From assembly GCF_006345805.1 (NCBI RefSeq), contig NC_043016.1, forward strand, positions 23,622,001 to 23,686,000: a stretch of DNA of 64,000 nucleotides, in the 5' to 3' direction. The stretch is from Octopus sinensis (Eukaryota). This document shows, one piece after another, positions 24,367 to 36,291 of the stretch (the first letter of the stretch is position 1; the number at the start of each line of letters is the position of its first letter). A model generated the notes under the pieces. It did no database searches. It was not told the DNA's origin and saw only the letters and a list, made by a program, of their open reading frames with translations. The translations under genes were made by a program, and so were the position numbers.

Positions 24367-25126
24367 TGTTTATCTAAGGGGAAAGCTGCTAACTTAAGCC
24401 CTTACAACTTGGTACCATTGTCATCACAGACAAAGAACCTGAACAGATACCACAAGGCATCTTGCCTGACTCTCTAACAGTTCCATTAATCCATCATCCT
24501 GGGTTGATACATTTTTATTGACCTCACTAGTGTAGCAAGATGAGAGCAGAGGAGGCAGTCCACCCTGGGTGGCACTTTTATGGAGGCAATATGTATTTTA
24601 TGAGGACAATATGTAACTTTTGTAGGTAATATATATTTTTTGTGGAAGCCCATGGGTTACAAACTGAAGGGCTACTCTGGGTGACACACACTCTAGCTAT
24701 GCTAGTGATTGATCCCAAAATGATAAAAGGCAAAGTTTGAACTTGGATTGAACTCTTAATGTAGAGGATCAGAACAAATACTACAAGGCATTGGTCCATC
24801 ACTCTCTAACAATTAAGTCAGTCCACTTTGGATGTAAAGATGTAAGTGACCTGGCAATTTGCTCATAGAAGGGACAACACTGGTCATGGCTTCTAACTGT
24901 CATAGTGCACTAATGTAAACACACATGCATATTTACATGCACATACACACACATGGACATGCACATGCACATAAACATACACACACATGGACATGCATAC
25001 ACACACACACACACACACACTCACCCCCACACGCACGTGTACATGCACACACTCATACACATACACTCACACACACCACACACACATGTACATGCACACA
25101 TCCATACACATGCATACACATACTTG

Positions 25127-25296
25127 ATGGGCTTCTTTTAGTTCCCATCAGGGAAATACCTAAATCCAGTCACAAGCCTTTGGTTGGTCCAGAACTTATT
25201 GTAGAAGACACTTATCTGAGGTGTCAAGCAGTGAGACTGAACCCCAAATCACATGATTGGGAAGTAAACACCTCAGCTGCGCAGTCATACCTGTCA
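25127..25296 (-). mobile_element. SINE A 5' half, diverged
   Basis: Similarity to the consensus. Confidence 0.7.
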
Positions 25297-26339
25297 TTTT
25301 GATGGACTGAAGATAGGGAAAATATCTCAGCTTACCACATTGGGTATGTTAGCATCCACTTAACAATAAAAAAAAAAAACAAAGATACATTGAATAAGCT
25401 CAGATCTCCAAGAGACCACAAACCTATCAAACACAAATAAAAGACAATCCAACAAGAAAGTTGGATTTTCTCATGGAATAAAGTTGGAATTCTTTTAAAA
25501 ATTAAAACAAAAACAAAAACAGAAAAAATTTAGAAATTCATTAAAATAATCCTTTGATTTCAGGTCGTTTTTCTTTTTGTGGCACCAGACCAGATACTTC
25601 AAAAATATTCACGCGGAACTCAAGTGATGCATACATAAATATTCAATCTGTAAAATGGACAACGAAGCAATCCAAACGAAATCATTTTTTTTTTTTTTTG
25701 TAAAGAACTTATTGCACCGTGCCATAATTCTAAAAGAATTATGCTTTCAACTAACCATTCGAAACAAACATCTGAGCCAGAGTTTATCAAATCAAATTTA
25801 AAATACATAAAAGAGACAACGTGCCTATTCAGTTTTCAAAATATGCAGAAGTCTTTAGAAAATGAAATTTTCGTAAAATCAGATGAAGGGCAGGGGTGGT
25901 ACGGTGGGGGTGGCGATATAAAAAAAAATGAATTACAGGAATTATGGTATAAAAGCAATCTGATAGAATATTAATAAATCACCATGGTTTTAAAATATTA
26001 TTTTGAAATTAATTGCAACAAAAGTTATCACTTGATTGAAATGTGATTAATTTCTTTTTTGTTTTTAGTTTTTTAATAAAAATTCAGTAATCTGTATAGT
26101 TTACCCTTGAGTCACGATTAATCTTGTTGATTCTTTAAGATTAGTTGGTGTTTCAATCCATAAATAATACAAAAATGTTAAAGCATATGTATGTTCATCA
26201 AATATGGTATGTTCTTACACATGTAACATTGTGAGTTGAAAAGCTTCAATTGGCTGAGAGTATCCAAGTGATTAGCAGAAAAGCTCTCCCTCTGGAAATG
26301 TTTAATGTTAAAAAAACGAAATGACAAGTAAATTTAATA

Positions 26340-26512
26340 TGGTTACAAGTAGCCATCAAATCGCTCTGAAATTACACCCTACTGTTTTAAACTAGAGAAG
26401 CACATTAGTCGATGTATTCCGAGATAGTCAATGCTTTGGAAAACAGCAAAGCCATCATAGCTAGAACATGTTTACTGATAGTTCTCCTAAGTCAAAGCTA
26501 AACAACAACAAC
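26340..26512. mobile_element. SINE-like family D, degenerate
   Basis: Reverse complement of 10065-10260-type sequence. Confidence 0.45.
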
Positions 26513-26650
26513 AGAAATTGTTTGTACTCAACCCTATACAGTTTTGAATAAAATACATCTAAGACCTTCAAAGTCATTAAAAATGCCATGTTTCACAGTC
26601 TTTGATAATCTTTATCTGAAGAATCTTGTAATCATAATATAATTAAAACC

Positions 26651-26990
26651 AAGGGTGGTGAGCTAGCAGAATTGTTAACACCCCTGGAGAAATGTTTAAT
26701 GGCATTTTGTCCATCTTCATGCTCTGAGTTCAAATTCAGCCAAGGTTGACTTTGCTTTCATCCTTTTGGGGTCATGGTGAGCTGGCAGAATCATTAGCAC
26801 ATTGGGCAAAATGCTTAGCTGTATTTTGTGCATCTTCATGTTCCGTTTTCTGCCAAGGTTGATTTAGCCTTTCATCCTTTAAGGGTTGATAAAATGAGTA
26901 TCAATTGAGCACTGGGATTGATGTCACCAACTTACACCTTCCCCCAAAATTGCTGGCCTTGTGCCGAAATTTGAAATTTGAAACCAATAT
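26651..26990 (+). mobile_element. SINE B with duplicated 5' half
   Basis: Two successive heads (gagct.gcagaat...gccaaggttga.tt.gc.ttcatcc) precede one 3' end. Confidence 0.75.
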
Positions 26991-27136
26991 AAGGAAAACT
27001 GTGCCTCAAAGACTAGTCTTCCTCTTTGGGACAAGGAAATACTCCAGATCTCATCAATTTGTGTGTCGCAATAAATAAAACAGAAGTAAAACTCATAACG
27101 AAGTAGTGTTATTATATGTGAGACGGTGCTGCTGTG

Positions 27137-27169
<33 letters not shown>

Positions 27170-27490
27170 AACATCCTAGACCACATCAAAAAGCAGGTCA
27201 TCAACATGCTCTGACATCTGGTCCTCACTATCTATTTTACTACTACAACAACAGCTGCTACTCCACCACTGCTGGCAAACCATTCTTTCCTCCTCTTGGC
27301 ACTCATACTATCTTCTCACATTCACAGACCTTCCTCCCCTTACCCAAACATATGCTGATCTCTATTTCCAATTCTTCCTGCCTAGAGTGTTACCTGTCTG
27401 GAATTCTTCTCTTACCTGTCCATATTTTTTCCAGTTGTTGTCAGATGCTCAAACTGAACATCGACATTAACAATATCAGCAGTCTCAGAG
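27170..27490 (+). mobile_element. CR1/L2-group LINE ORF2 C-terminal relic
   Basis: LFYYYNNSC....FSHS..LP../FFLPRVLPVWNS....IF...NINNI resembles the LFYRYY..CS...SF.PRT..LWNSLP terminus of these LINEs. Confidence 0.55.
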
Positions 27491-27954
27491 GGCCAGCAAA
27501 GACCAGAGCATCAACTCTTCCTTTTGGTCATGTATTAAAAAAAACACACACACATGCCCACATGCATGCACTCATGCATGCATACACATGTGCGTGCACA
27601 CACACATACATTCATACAGATACCCATTTACCTGAAATAAAATCATCTAACTTCACTGGCTTCAAATCTATTGGTCACTGGTCCCTAACTGGTGTGTGCC
27701 AAAGCTTATCTAGAAGCAGCATAAATTTAAGGCTTTAGAAAATCCACACTAATCCTCGATCATCTTGAAAAATTAGTTATTCATAATTTTGTGATACAGA
27801 AACTGTAGTCAATAAAACAAGGTATTTTTGTATTTTACTATTTTTCTAAAAGACAAATTGTCTTTCACATTCTTGAGTACACGAGAACATGTTAAAATAG
27901 ATATACATATCTTTATTAAGGTTATTATTGCTCTCTGAATTTCTATCTTTCATC

Positions 27955-28160
27955 TTTTAATTGTTTTAGTCATTGGACAGCAGCCATGCTGGGGTTTCAC
28001 TTTGAAGGATTTAGTTGAACAAATGAACTCCCAGTACTTATTTATTAAAGTCTGTTAAATCTAGTATTCATTCTATCATTCTCTTTTACCAAACTGCTAG
28101 GTTACAGGGATGTAACCAAAGCAACTTCATTTGACAAGCAGTGGTGGAGACAAACACACA
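27955..28160 (-). mobile_element. SINE A 3' half
   Basis: Similarity to the consensus. Confidence 0.65.
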
Positions 28161-28349
28161 CATACACACGTGCATGTACACACAAGTATATATACATATA
28201 CACATGCATGCGCACACGTGCACACACACACACACACACACACATTACCCTAAAATTAAGGCAATCAAAGCTTCAGGCTTTAATTACTATCAATAAATAT
28301 AAGATATAAAAATTTCAGATCATTATTAAAGTTTAGTGTGTCTCCTTTT

Positions 28350-29115
28350 TGTTTCAGACTAAATAAATTCAGATTTATAAATCAGATTATGGCTGTAGAC
28401 TGAAATACAATCATAACCCTCCACAAAGGAGGTGAAAGGAATACAGTTACAGTGAAAAACCTAAAATTAACCAAAACAATCTGGGAAATTGTCAAGAAAT
28501 TTCAAGAGAGACTAGTTCCACTAGTCTTCAGGCCGATTGACCTGAACATGACTGGAAAAGAAGTGTGTGGACCCCTCAGCTTATCAAGAGTACCAAAGAA
28601 AATCCTTGTTGTTCCATCAGCAAACTGGCTACCACAGAAAAAGTAAGCCGAAACATTGATGTATTGAGTGCTGAAGGAGGATCTCAGGATCCACTCCTAC
28701 AAGATGATCCACCATCATGAGCTCATGCAAGTTGATAAGACCATGAGACTGGAGTGAAATCGTCTTATTTAGCATCAGGTTACTGAAAACATGCTGCCCA
28801 ACCTAGTGTTCGTTTAAGAAAAGAAACTTGACATCAAACAGACAGTAAACCACCAGAATGATTGATTTCAAAGTGTATCTAGCTCTGTTGAAGGCAGACT
28901 CATAAATCAACAACAAAATCCACAGTCAGTTATGGTTTGGGTGGCTGTGACAGCCACTGGAAGACTCCCTTCGTTTTTGTGCCCTTGGGTGTTAAAATTA
29001 GCACCCAGCAATAAATTAGCTATATTCTGGAAGCTGAAATGCTTCCATTGGCAAATGAGCACTTTCAAAGTGCATCTTGGACTTGGCACCATCTCACAGC
29101 CAAAGCCAGTTTCAG
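28350..29115 (+). pseudogene. Tc1/mariner maT (DD37D)-like transposase relic, truncated
   Basis: ..VLKEDLRIHSYKMIHHHEL..NHQND..QNPQSVMVWVAVTATGRLPFVFVPLGVKIS..ILEAEMLPLANEHFQSASWT..LAPSHTAK, with many stops and frameshifts. Confidence 0.75.
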
Positions 29116-29132
29116 TCGGGCTGGTAATGAAA

Positions 29133-29355
29133 GAGTTAAGGCGATGAGCTAGCAGAATTGTTATGCCAGGCAAAATGCATTGTGACATTTTGTCCATGGT
29201 CATGTTCTGAGTTCAATTATTGCCAAGGTCAACTTTACCTTTCACCCTTTTGGGGTGGATAAAATAAGTACCAGTTGAGTACTGGGGTCAATGTAATCAA
29301 CTAAGCCTCACCCCTGAGACTTTTGGACTTATACCAAAATTTGAAATCAATATTA
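29133..29355 (+). mobile_element. SINE B
   Basis: Family B consensus. Confidence 0.85.
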
Positions 29356-29617
29356 CTTTTTGCTTTGATCAACTGAATTACCAGAATTTAGTGTCAAAGC
29401 TGGTCGAGTATTCCACAGATATGTGAATCCTTAAAATGAATCAGTGAAACACACACACATGCACACACAGAGACACACACACACACATACAAACACACAG
29501 ACACACACATGCACACGCACAGACATTTGCACACACACACATGTGCATGCGCACACATACACATAGAGACACAGACAGACACAGACAGACAGACACACAC
29601 ACACACACACACACAAA

Positions 29618-30020
29618 GCGGGTTTCTTTCAGTTTCTTATTTCTTTATTGCCTACAAGGGGCTAAACATAGAGGGGACAAACAAGGACAGACAAAGGGAT
29701 TAAGTCGATTACATCGACCCCAGTGCATAACTGGTACTTATTTTATCGATCCTGAAAGGATGAAAGGCAAAGTCGACCTCGGTGGCGTTTGAACTCAGAA
29801 CATAAAGACAGACGAAATACCGCTAGGCATTTCGCCTGGCGTGCTAATGCTTCTGCCAGCTTGTCACCTTCTTTCAGTTTCTGTCTACCAAATTCACTCA
29901 CAAGCTTTGGTCAGCCCAAGGCATTAGTGGAAGTCACTTGCCCAAGGTGCCACCAAGTGGGAACGAGCCCATTACCATGTGGCCGGGAAGCAAACTTCTT
30001 ACCGCACAACCACATTGCCC
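29618..30020 (-). mobile_element. SINE A 5' half carrying a nested SINE B variant
   Basis: SINE A sequence ttctttcagtttc is duplicated at 29624-29636 and 29869-29881. Confidence 0.8.
29637..29868 (-). mobile_element. SINE B variant with an alternative 3' tail
   Basis: Family B head and body, but the tail is ccctttgtctgtccttgtttgtcccctctatgtttagcccc...aataaagaaataag. Confidence 0.85.
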
Positions 30021-30274
30021 AAAACTAAGATTCAAAGAAGCCAAGATTCATTTTTAGGGCCATGAAAATACTTAAGCTTGGTTGGGCAGAAATGGAGCAT
30101 TTCTCATGTGTCAGGAACAGTGCTGCTGCTGTCTCTGTTGCTGCTGCACTCACAAACATCCAAGACTACACACTGAAAAGAGTAAGCTTCCTCTTAAGAG
30201 CTAGGAAAATACTTCAGTTCCAATTCTGCGGCTGAATCTCTTCTTTCAAGTAAGACTCACAACATATCTAGAGC

Positions 30275-30276
<2 letters not shown>

Positions 30277-30363
<87 letters not shown>

Positions 30364-30890
30364 ACACACTGAACATTTTCGATCATATTTTTAGAAAACC
30401 CTTTCGATTGATTGGCAAACCTACCACTTACTATGATCAATAGCCTACAAGCATGTGGTGATTCGAAAGATTATGGTGTGATGTAGCGGCAATGGTGGTG
30501 GTGGTGGCGTTGTTGTTGTTGGTGGTGGTTGTGGTGGTGATGATGGTAGTGGGTGGTGGTGGTGGTGGTGGTGGCATTGACACTGGTGGCAATGATGGTG
30601 GTAATTATGGTAGTGGTGGTGGTGGTGGCAGTGGTTGTTGTGGTGGTGACAATGATGGCAAGATGTTTGTGGTGGTGGCAATGGTGGTTGCGTTGTTGTT
30701 GTTGGTGGTGGTTGTGGTGGTGTTGATGGTAGTGGTGGCAATGATGGTGGCAGTGGTTCTTGTTGTGGTGGTGACAATGATGGTGGTGGTGGAGTTGGTA
30801 TTGGTGACATTGATGGTTGTTGTGGTGGCAGTAGTAGTAGTGACAATGGTGGTGGTAATTGAGGGTGCTGGTGCTGATGATGATTAACAA
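30277..30890. repeat. Pure (CTG)n of about 28 units, then a GGT/GAT mosaic
   Basis: Read directly from the sequence. Confidence 0.9.
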
Positions 30891-31479
30891 GAAGAAATTG
30901 ATGAAGGCAAAAAATTTGAAGAGATAGGGGACTGAGAGAGGTAAGAGGAGAATGATAAAAGTAGTTTGAGGTGATAAGAAACAGTTGTTTTAATTATATA
31001 TGTGTGTATGTCTGTGTGTGTGTCCATGTGTGTATGTATGCGTGTTTTTATGTGTGTGTGTGTGTGTGTATTGTTGCTAGTTCCAGTAAATCTTTGAATA
31101 CGTACACCATTATAGAGTGGAATTGGAAAGGACAGATGTTTAGATGGATTCTCTCTCAAAATAAAACATGTGAAGAAGACAAAAGTTTTCCTCTTGCTAC
31201 CAACCAATTTATATTTATAGTGACAGATTTTGCACACATTCACAAATACACACACACATACACATGCACAAACACACACATGCACGCATACACACACATG
31301 ATAAAGGTGCACATAAATATAGACATTATACAAATATATGTATAAATATATATGCACACATGCATATATATATATATATATATAATGTACTCACATATGT
31401 ATTTGTGTGCTTATATATGAAATATATTGAGGATAAATCTGGAGAGATCAGAGTTCAAATGAGGACTCAATACACAAGT

Positions 31480-31686
31480 ATGGCAGCAAGCTGGCAGAGA
31501 CATTAACACCAGGCGAAATGCTTAGCGGTATTTCGTCCGTCTTTATGTTCTAATTCAAATTCCGCCAAGGTCGACTTTGCCTTTCATCTTTTCAGGGTCG
31601 ATAAATTAAGTACCAGTTGTGTACTGGGGTTGATCTAATCAACTGCCCCCCTCCCCCAAGATTTTGGGCTTTGTGCCTAGAATAAT
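31480..31686 (+). mobile_element. SINE B
   Basis: Family B consensus. Confidence 0.88.
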
Positions 31687-31793
31687 TAAAAAAAAAAAAA
31701 GAATACACAAATATTCAGAGTAGTGTATTTGATAATGAAAAGCACTATGGCAACCTCATCTATATTACAGGTTTTGATATATATCAATTAAAT

Positions 31794-31830
<37 letters not shown>

Positions 31831-31950
31831 AATTGAGAGAGATAGAGAGATAAAGAGAGAGAAAGATAAATAGACAAACAGATAGACAGACAGACAGATA
31901 GATAGATGGATTGATGGATATATGCATACATATATACAAGTACATGTTCA

Positions 31951-32415
31951 TCTCTTATTATAAAAGCAGATTTTATCTGCCTCCCTTTGTCACTTATAGA
32001 AATCTACAATATAGGATTTCTTCAATTACAATTTACCTAGCATTTTTAAGAGTAGAATGCATCGGGTCATGCCAGGTCCAGTTTTTAAAATTTAAACTCC
32101 AATTAAGCAAAATTTACAGAAAACTCACATTCTGGTGTGTATGTCAAATGCTTTTCTTAGTCTGGTTTACAGCACACGCAAACGCACACACACAGTGTGC
32201 AACGAATAAACTGAAACTAATTCACTGTGTGTTGACAGGTAGAAAATAGAATGCGATGGCGATGTAATATTTGTTTCTGTCTATGACGCTGATAGATACA
32301 TGAGTAAAATGTATGGGAAGCTAAGAGATAAGAGTGAGTGAAAATGTTCTTGGAAGAGAGTAAATAGCGAGAGTGATTTGAGGAAGACTTTACATTAAAT
32401 AACCGTAGTGGCTTG
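31951..32415 (+). mobile_element. Possible non-autonomous Helitron (5' part)
   Basis: A|TCTCTTATTATAAAAG start resembles 33497; no CTRR 3' end found. Confidence 0.35.
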
Positions 32416-32433
32416 TATATATATATATATATA

Positions 32434-32702
32434 TACATACATAAGACAGTAAGGTGTGATTTGAGGGAGATTTGGCTGCTATTTCTACCATGTCTAGCTG
32501 CCATGTAGGGGTCTCCCTCATAGGCTCATACATATATACATAGATAAGACAGTAAGGTGTGATTTGGGGGAAATTTGGCTGCTATTTCTACCAGGTCTAG
32601 CTACCATGTAGAGGTCCCCCTCATTGGCTCATATATATATACATACATAAGACAGTAAGGTGTTTTTTGAGGGAGATTTGGCTGCTGTTTCTACCAGGTC
32701 TG
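32434..32702. repeat. ~100-bp tandem repeat x2.7, derived from the end of SINE-like family D
   Basis: cataagacagtaaggtgtgatttgagggagatttggctgctatttctacc... occurs three times. Confidence 0.85.
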
Positions 32703-32769
32703 TTAGGCCTTCTCATGTAAACTCAAGCTTTCTCATGCCTTGAACATAAGACCAAAGCAGAGAATGTAT

Positions 32770-32990
32770 TCTTTTATTCTTCTGCTTTTTCCAGCCATTG
32801 GTCTGTGGCCATGCTGGGGCAATGCCTTGAAGAATTGTAGTTTAATGAATCAACTCCAGTTTTATTGTTGTACGCATTGTACTTATTCTATGTTTCCTTT
32901 GTCAAACCACTACGTGACAGGGATGTAAACAAACCAACATTCGTTGTCAAGCAGTGGTGGAGGACAATCACAAGCACAGACACGCACACA
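32770..32990 (-). mobile_element. SINE A 3' half
   Basis: Similarity to the consensus. Confidence 0.7.
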
Positions 32991-33064
32991 CACACACATA
33001 CATGCATACACATATACACACATACATACATACATACATATATATATATGTGTGTATATATATA

Positions 33065-33388
33065 TTGCAGCGTGGAAGGTGTTTGTAAGCCATTTAAGAA
33101 ACACACAAAAACCGTTAGATTCACTTCAACATTTAAATTTAATTTGCCAAAATATTTTCCTCGCTTTGAGACCGCGACATGTTCACTGACAAAAATATCG
33201 TGCTAACAGGTCGCGGTCTCAAAGCGACGAAAATATTTTGACAAATTAAATTTAAATGTTGAAGTGAATCTAACGGTTTTTGTGTGTTTCTTAAATGGCT
33301 TATAAACACCTTCAACGCTGCAACTGTTTTCGTTCCAGCACACGATCTCAGATCAAGTCACTTGCTATGCAAGTACATCTCTGTAACT
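33065..33388. mobile_element. Penelope-derived foldback (arms ~120 bp) with (TA)n on both sides
   Basis: 33065-33183 and 33205-33323 are near-perfect reverse complements; each arm contains a whole or partial hammerhead-like motif. Confidence 0.75.
33143..33193 (-). ncRNA. Minimal type I hammerhead ribozyme-like motif HH-3 with G3-C8 swap
   Basis: UUUGUCA-GUGAACA-U-GUCGC-ggucucaaa-GCGAG-GAA-AAUAUU-U-UGGCAAA; the sister arm (33205-33247, plus strand) supplies the paired residues GCGAC and UGACAAA. Confidence 0.65.
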
Positions 33389-33433
<45 letters not shown>

Positions 33434-33496
33434 TGGTAAAAACAGTAAGATAACAAAAGAAAGAAAGAGACCTCAATATTATGTAAATAGAGGAAA

Positions 33497-33890
33497 TCTT
33501 TATATATAAAAGTGAGGTTGTGTGTCTGTCTCCTGCGATTTAGATTCCTAACTACTCCCACATTTTGCGGTGCAGTTTAACCAAACCGGGTATCTTATAG
33601 TCGTGATTCATATCGAGACCGTCTGGGTATTAGCGCGCGTCTACGATGAGTCTACGATTTAAAAAAAAATTTACCATCAATTTTTCCCATTTTTAATCCA
33701 TTTTTGACATATATAAGGGAAGTAACTCTCTAAAATTTATTATTAAATCTCAGAACGTAAAAAGCTGCAGTAACACCCCTCCCCCTTTGTGGTTAGCCAT
33801 ATTGAGATGGCTATTATACTTTACATCTCTAAAAATGCTTATATAATTATTTCCCTTACAAACCCGAGCAACGCCGGGCGATACTGCTAG
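33497..33890 (+). mobile_element. Complete non-autonomous Helitron (394 bp)
   Basis: 5' TC, subterminal hairpin CCCGAGCAACGCCGGG at 33863-33878, 3' CTAG, inserted between A (33496) and T (33891) with no TSD. Confidence 0.88.
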
Positions 33891-33950
33891 TACATATATA
33901 AATCTAAGAATATTAGTATTATGAATTTGCATATGTGTATGTATGTATGT

Positions 33951-34290
33951 GTGAAGGTGCATGGTTCAGTGGTTAGAGTGTCGAGCTTACGATCCTGAAG
34001 TTGTGATTTCGATTCCTGGAACGAGATGCGTATTCTGTTCTTGAGCAAGACACTTTATTTCACGTTGCTCCAGTTCACTCAGCTGTAGAAATGAGTTGCG
34101 ACGTCACAGGTGCCAATCTGTACCGGCCTTTGCCTTTCCCTTGGATAACATTGGTGGTGTGGAGAGAGGAGGGTGGTATGCATAGGCGACTGCTGATCTT
34201 CCATAAATAACCTAGCCCGGACTTGTGCCTCGGAGGGTAACTTTCTTGGTGCAATCCCATGGTCATTCATGACCAAAGGGTTCTCCTTCT
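33951..34290 (+). mobile_element. tRNA-derived SINE with a family C head and a different 3' half
   Basis: A-box TGGTTCAGTGG, B-box-like TTCGATTCC, shared cttgagcaagacactttatttcacgttgctccagttcactcagctg. Confidence 0.75.
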
Positions 34291-34892
34291 CCTCCTCCTG
34301 TATGTATGTATGCATGCATGTATGTATATATGTATGTATGTACGTATGTATGTATGGTGGTGATGAAAGCTAATAATTAGACAATAAGGAAGAAAAATAA
34401 AGATGCCAAAATAACGGGAAAATATTTTTTAAAAATCATGTTCATCACTCCCAAAATACTATACAGGTATGATTCACTGCAGAAGTTCATGAAGAACAAC
34501 ATTTTTTGTGTAAACATGAGGAGGCATTAACACACCTTGGCCTCAGACTGTAGTGTTCCTAACTCTAACCCAAATTGGATCACTTCACAGCCTAGACTAC
34601 GGGTATTGCTTATGAACACTTACTAAAGGAGCATTGACATTTCTTATGACTGTTGCAATGCCAGACGAATCATCTGAATTTATGAACATTAAAATATTAT
34701 GAGACAATGAAGATAACAGAATTAAGTTCCAAATACAAAACAATAAACAAAACAGTTCCAGCAGGAAAGTGGAGAAGTTGTTTAAACTTGGTGTTAGTGA
34801 AAGAAAAAAATCAAATCAATCTTAAGTATCAGTGTTCTAGAGATACTTACCTCAAAGATGTGTGATGCACAGCTAATTATCAAAATTTATGA

Positions 34893-35305
34893 ATATAGCG
34901 CAGGAGTGGCTGTGTGGTAAGTAGCTTGTTTACCAACCGCATGGTTCTGGGTTCAGTCCCACTGCGGGGCACCTTGGGCAAGTGTCTTCTACTATAGCCT
35001 TGGGCCGACCAAAGCCTTTGTGAGTGGATTTGGTAGACGGAAACTGAAAGAAGCCTGTCGTATATATGTATATATATGTATATGTATGTGTGTGTTTGTG
35101 TGTCTGTGTTTGTCCCCCTAGCATTGCTTGACAACCGATGCTGGTGTGTTTACGTCCCCGTTACTTAGCGGTTCGGCAAAAGAGACCAATAGAATAAGTA
35201 CTGGGCTTACAAAGAATAAGTTCCGGGGTCGATCTGCTTGACTAAAGGCGGTGCTCCAGCATGGCTGCAGTCAAATGACTGAAACAAGTAAAAGAGTAAA
35301 AGAGA
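34893..35305 (+). mobile_element. SINE A, full length, young
   Basis: Close to the consensus with CpGs retained. Confidence 0.92.
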
Positions 35306-35604
35306 TTAAAACATTAATAAAGCATTAAGAAAGCAGAATGAACTTCCAGATATAAAAGACAAATAGGACAACTAAATACAGATTGTTGTAGTAACACTGC
35401 TGGTTAATTTAGGAAACAAAATAATGGAAATACCTTAAATGGATGACTGCCTGATTATATATATAGGTGGCATATATGTATGTATATACATACATATATA
35501 TATATATATATATATCACCATCATCATTGTTTAACGTCTGCTTTCCATTATTTTGTCTAACCCCTGTATATAAATGCATATTTTGCCTTCTATCTTTTAC
35601 TTTT

Positions 35605-35920
35605 TTTTTCAGTCATTAGATTGTGGCCATGTTGGAACTTATTTTATAGGACTCTTTTGCTGAACTGCTATGTTACAGGGATGTAAAAAAACAAACACAA
35701 GTTGTCAAGTGGTGGTGGTGGTGGGCACAAAGACAGACACAGCACACACACACGATGAGCCTCATTCAGTTTCTGTCTGTGAAACCCACTCACAAGGCTT
35801 TGGTTGACCCAAGGCTATAGTAGAAGACATTTGAGAAGGTACCATGCACAGTGGGACTGAACCCAGAACCATGTGGTTGGGAAACAAACTTCTTACTACA
35901 TACCCATCCCTGTGCCTATA
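35605..35920 (-). mobile_element. SINE A, diverged, with deletions
   Basis: Similarity to the consensus. Confidence 0.75.
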
Positions 35921-36291
35921 TATAAATATTAAGAGAAGATGGATTGAATATGCTTTATTACATATCACTACAACTGTTTCAAAACATCACATCAACAGGA
36001 GAAATTTGGCTCATACACACACACATACACACAAACACACACACACACACTCCCTCACACACATACACACACACACACGCATGCATATTTATACATGATA
36101 AGATTCTTTACAATTTCTGTCTACAAAATTTGCTAACAAGACAGTTGGCCAAGGTACAGAACAGCAAAACTGAGATTTGAGAAGCGAATTTCTTAACCAC
36201 ATAGCTATGCTTGTGTCTGTAAAAATATGAAAATGAAGAAAAAAAATCACTCATTCTCCTTCTCATCATCCTTCACACAACCATTTACCTT

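Noticed and set aside
30277-30362. Polyglutamine (CAG) tract
   Set aside because: No coding context on either strand; simple microsatellite
34843-34872. Perfect minus-strand donor GAG|GTAAGT with a 22-nt exon
   Set aside because: The acceptor is weak, and a similar perfect donor occurs by chance inside the hAT MITE near 50710
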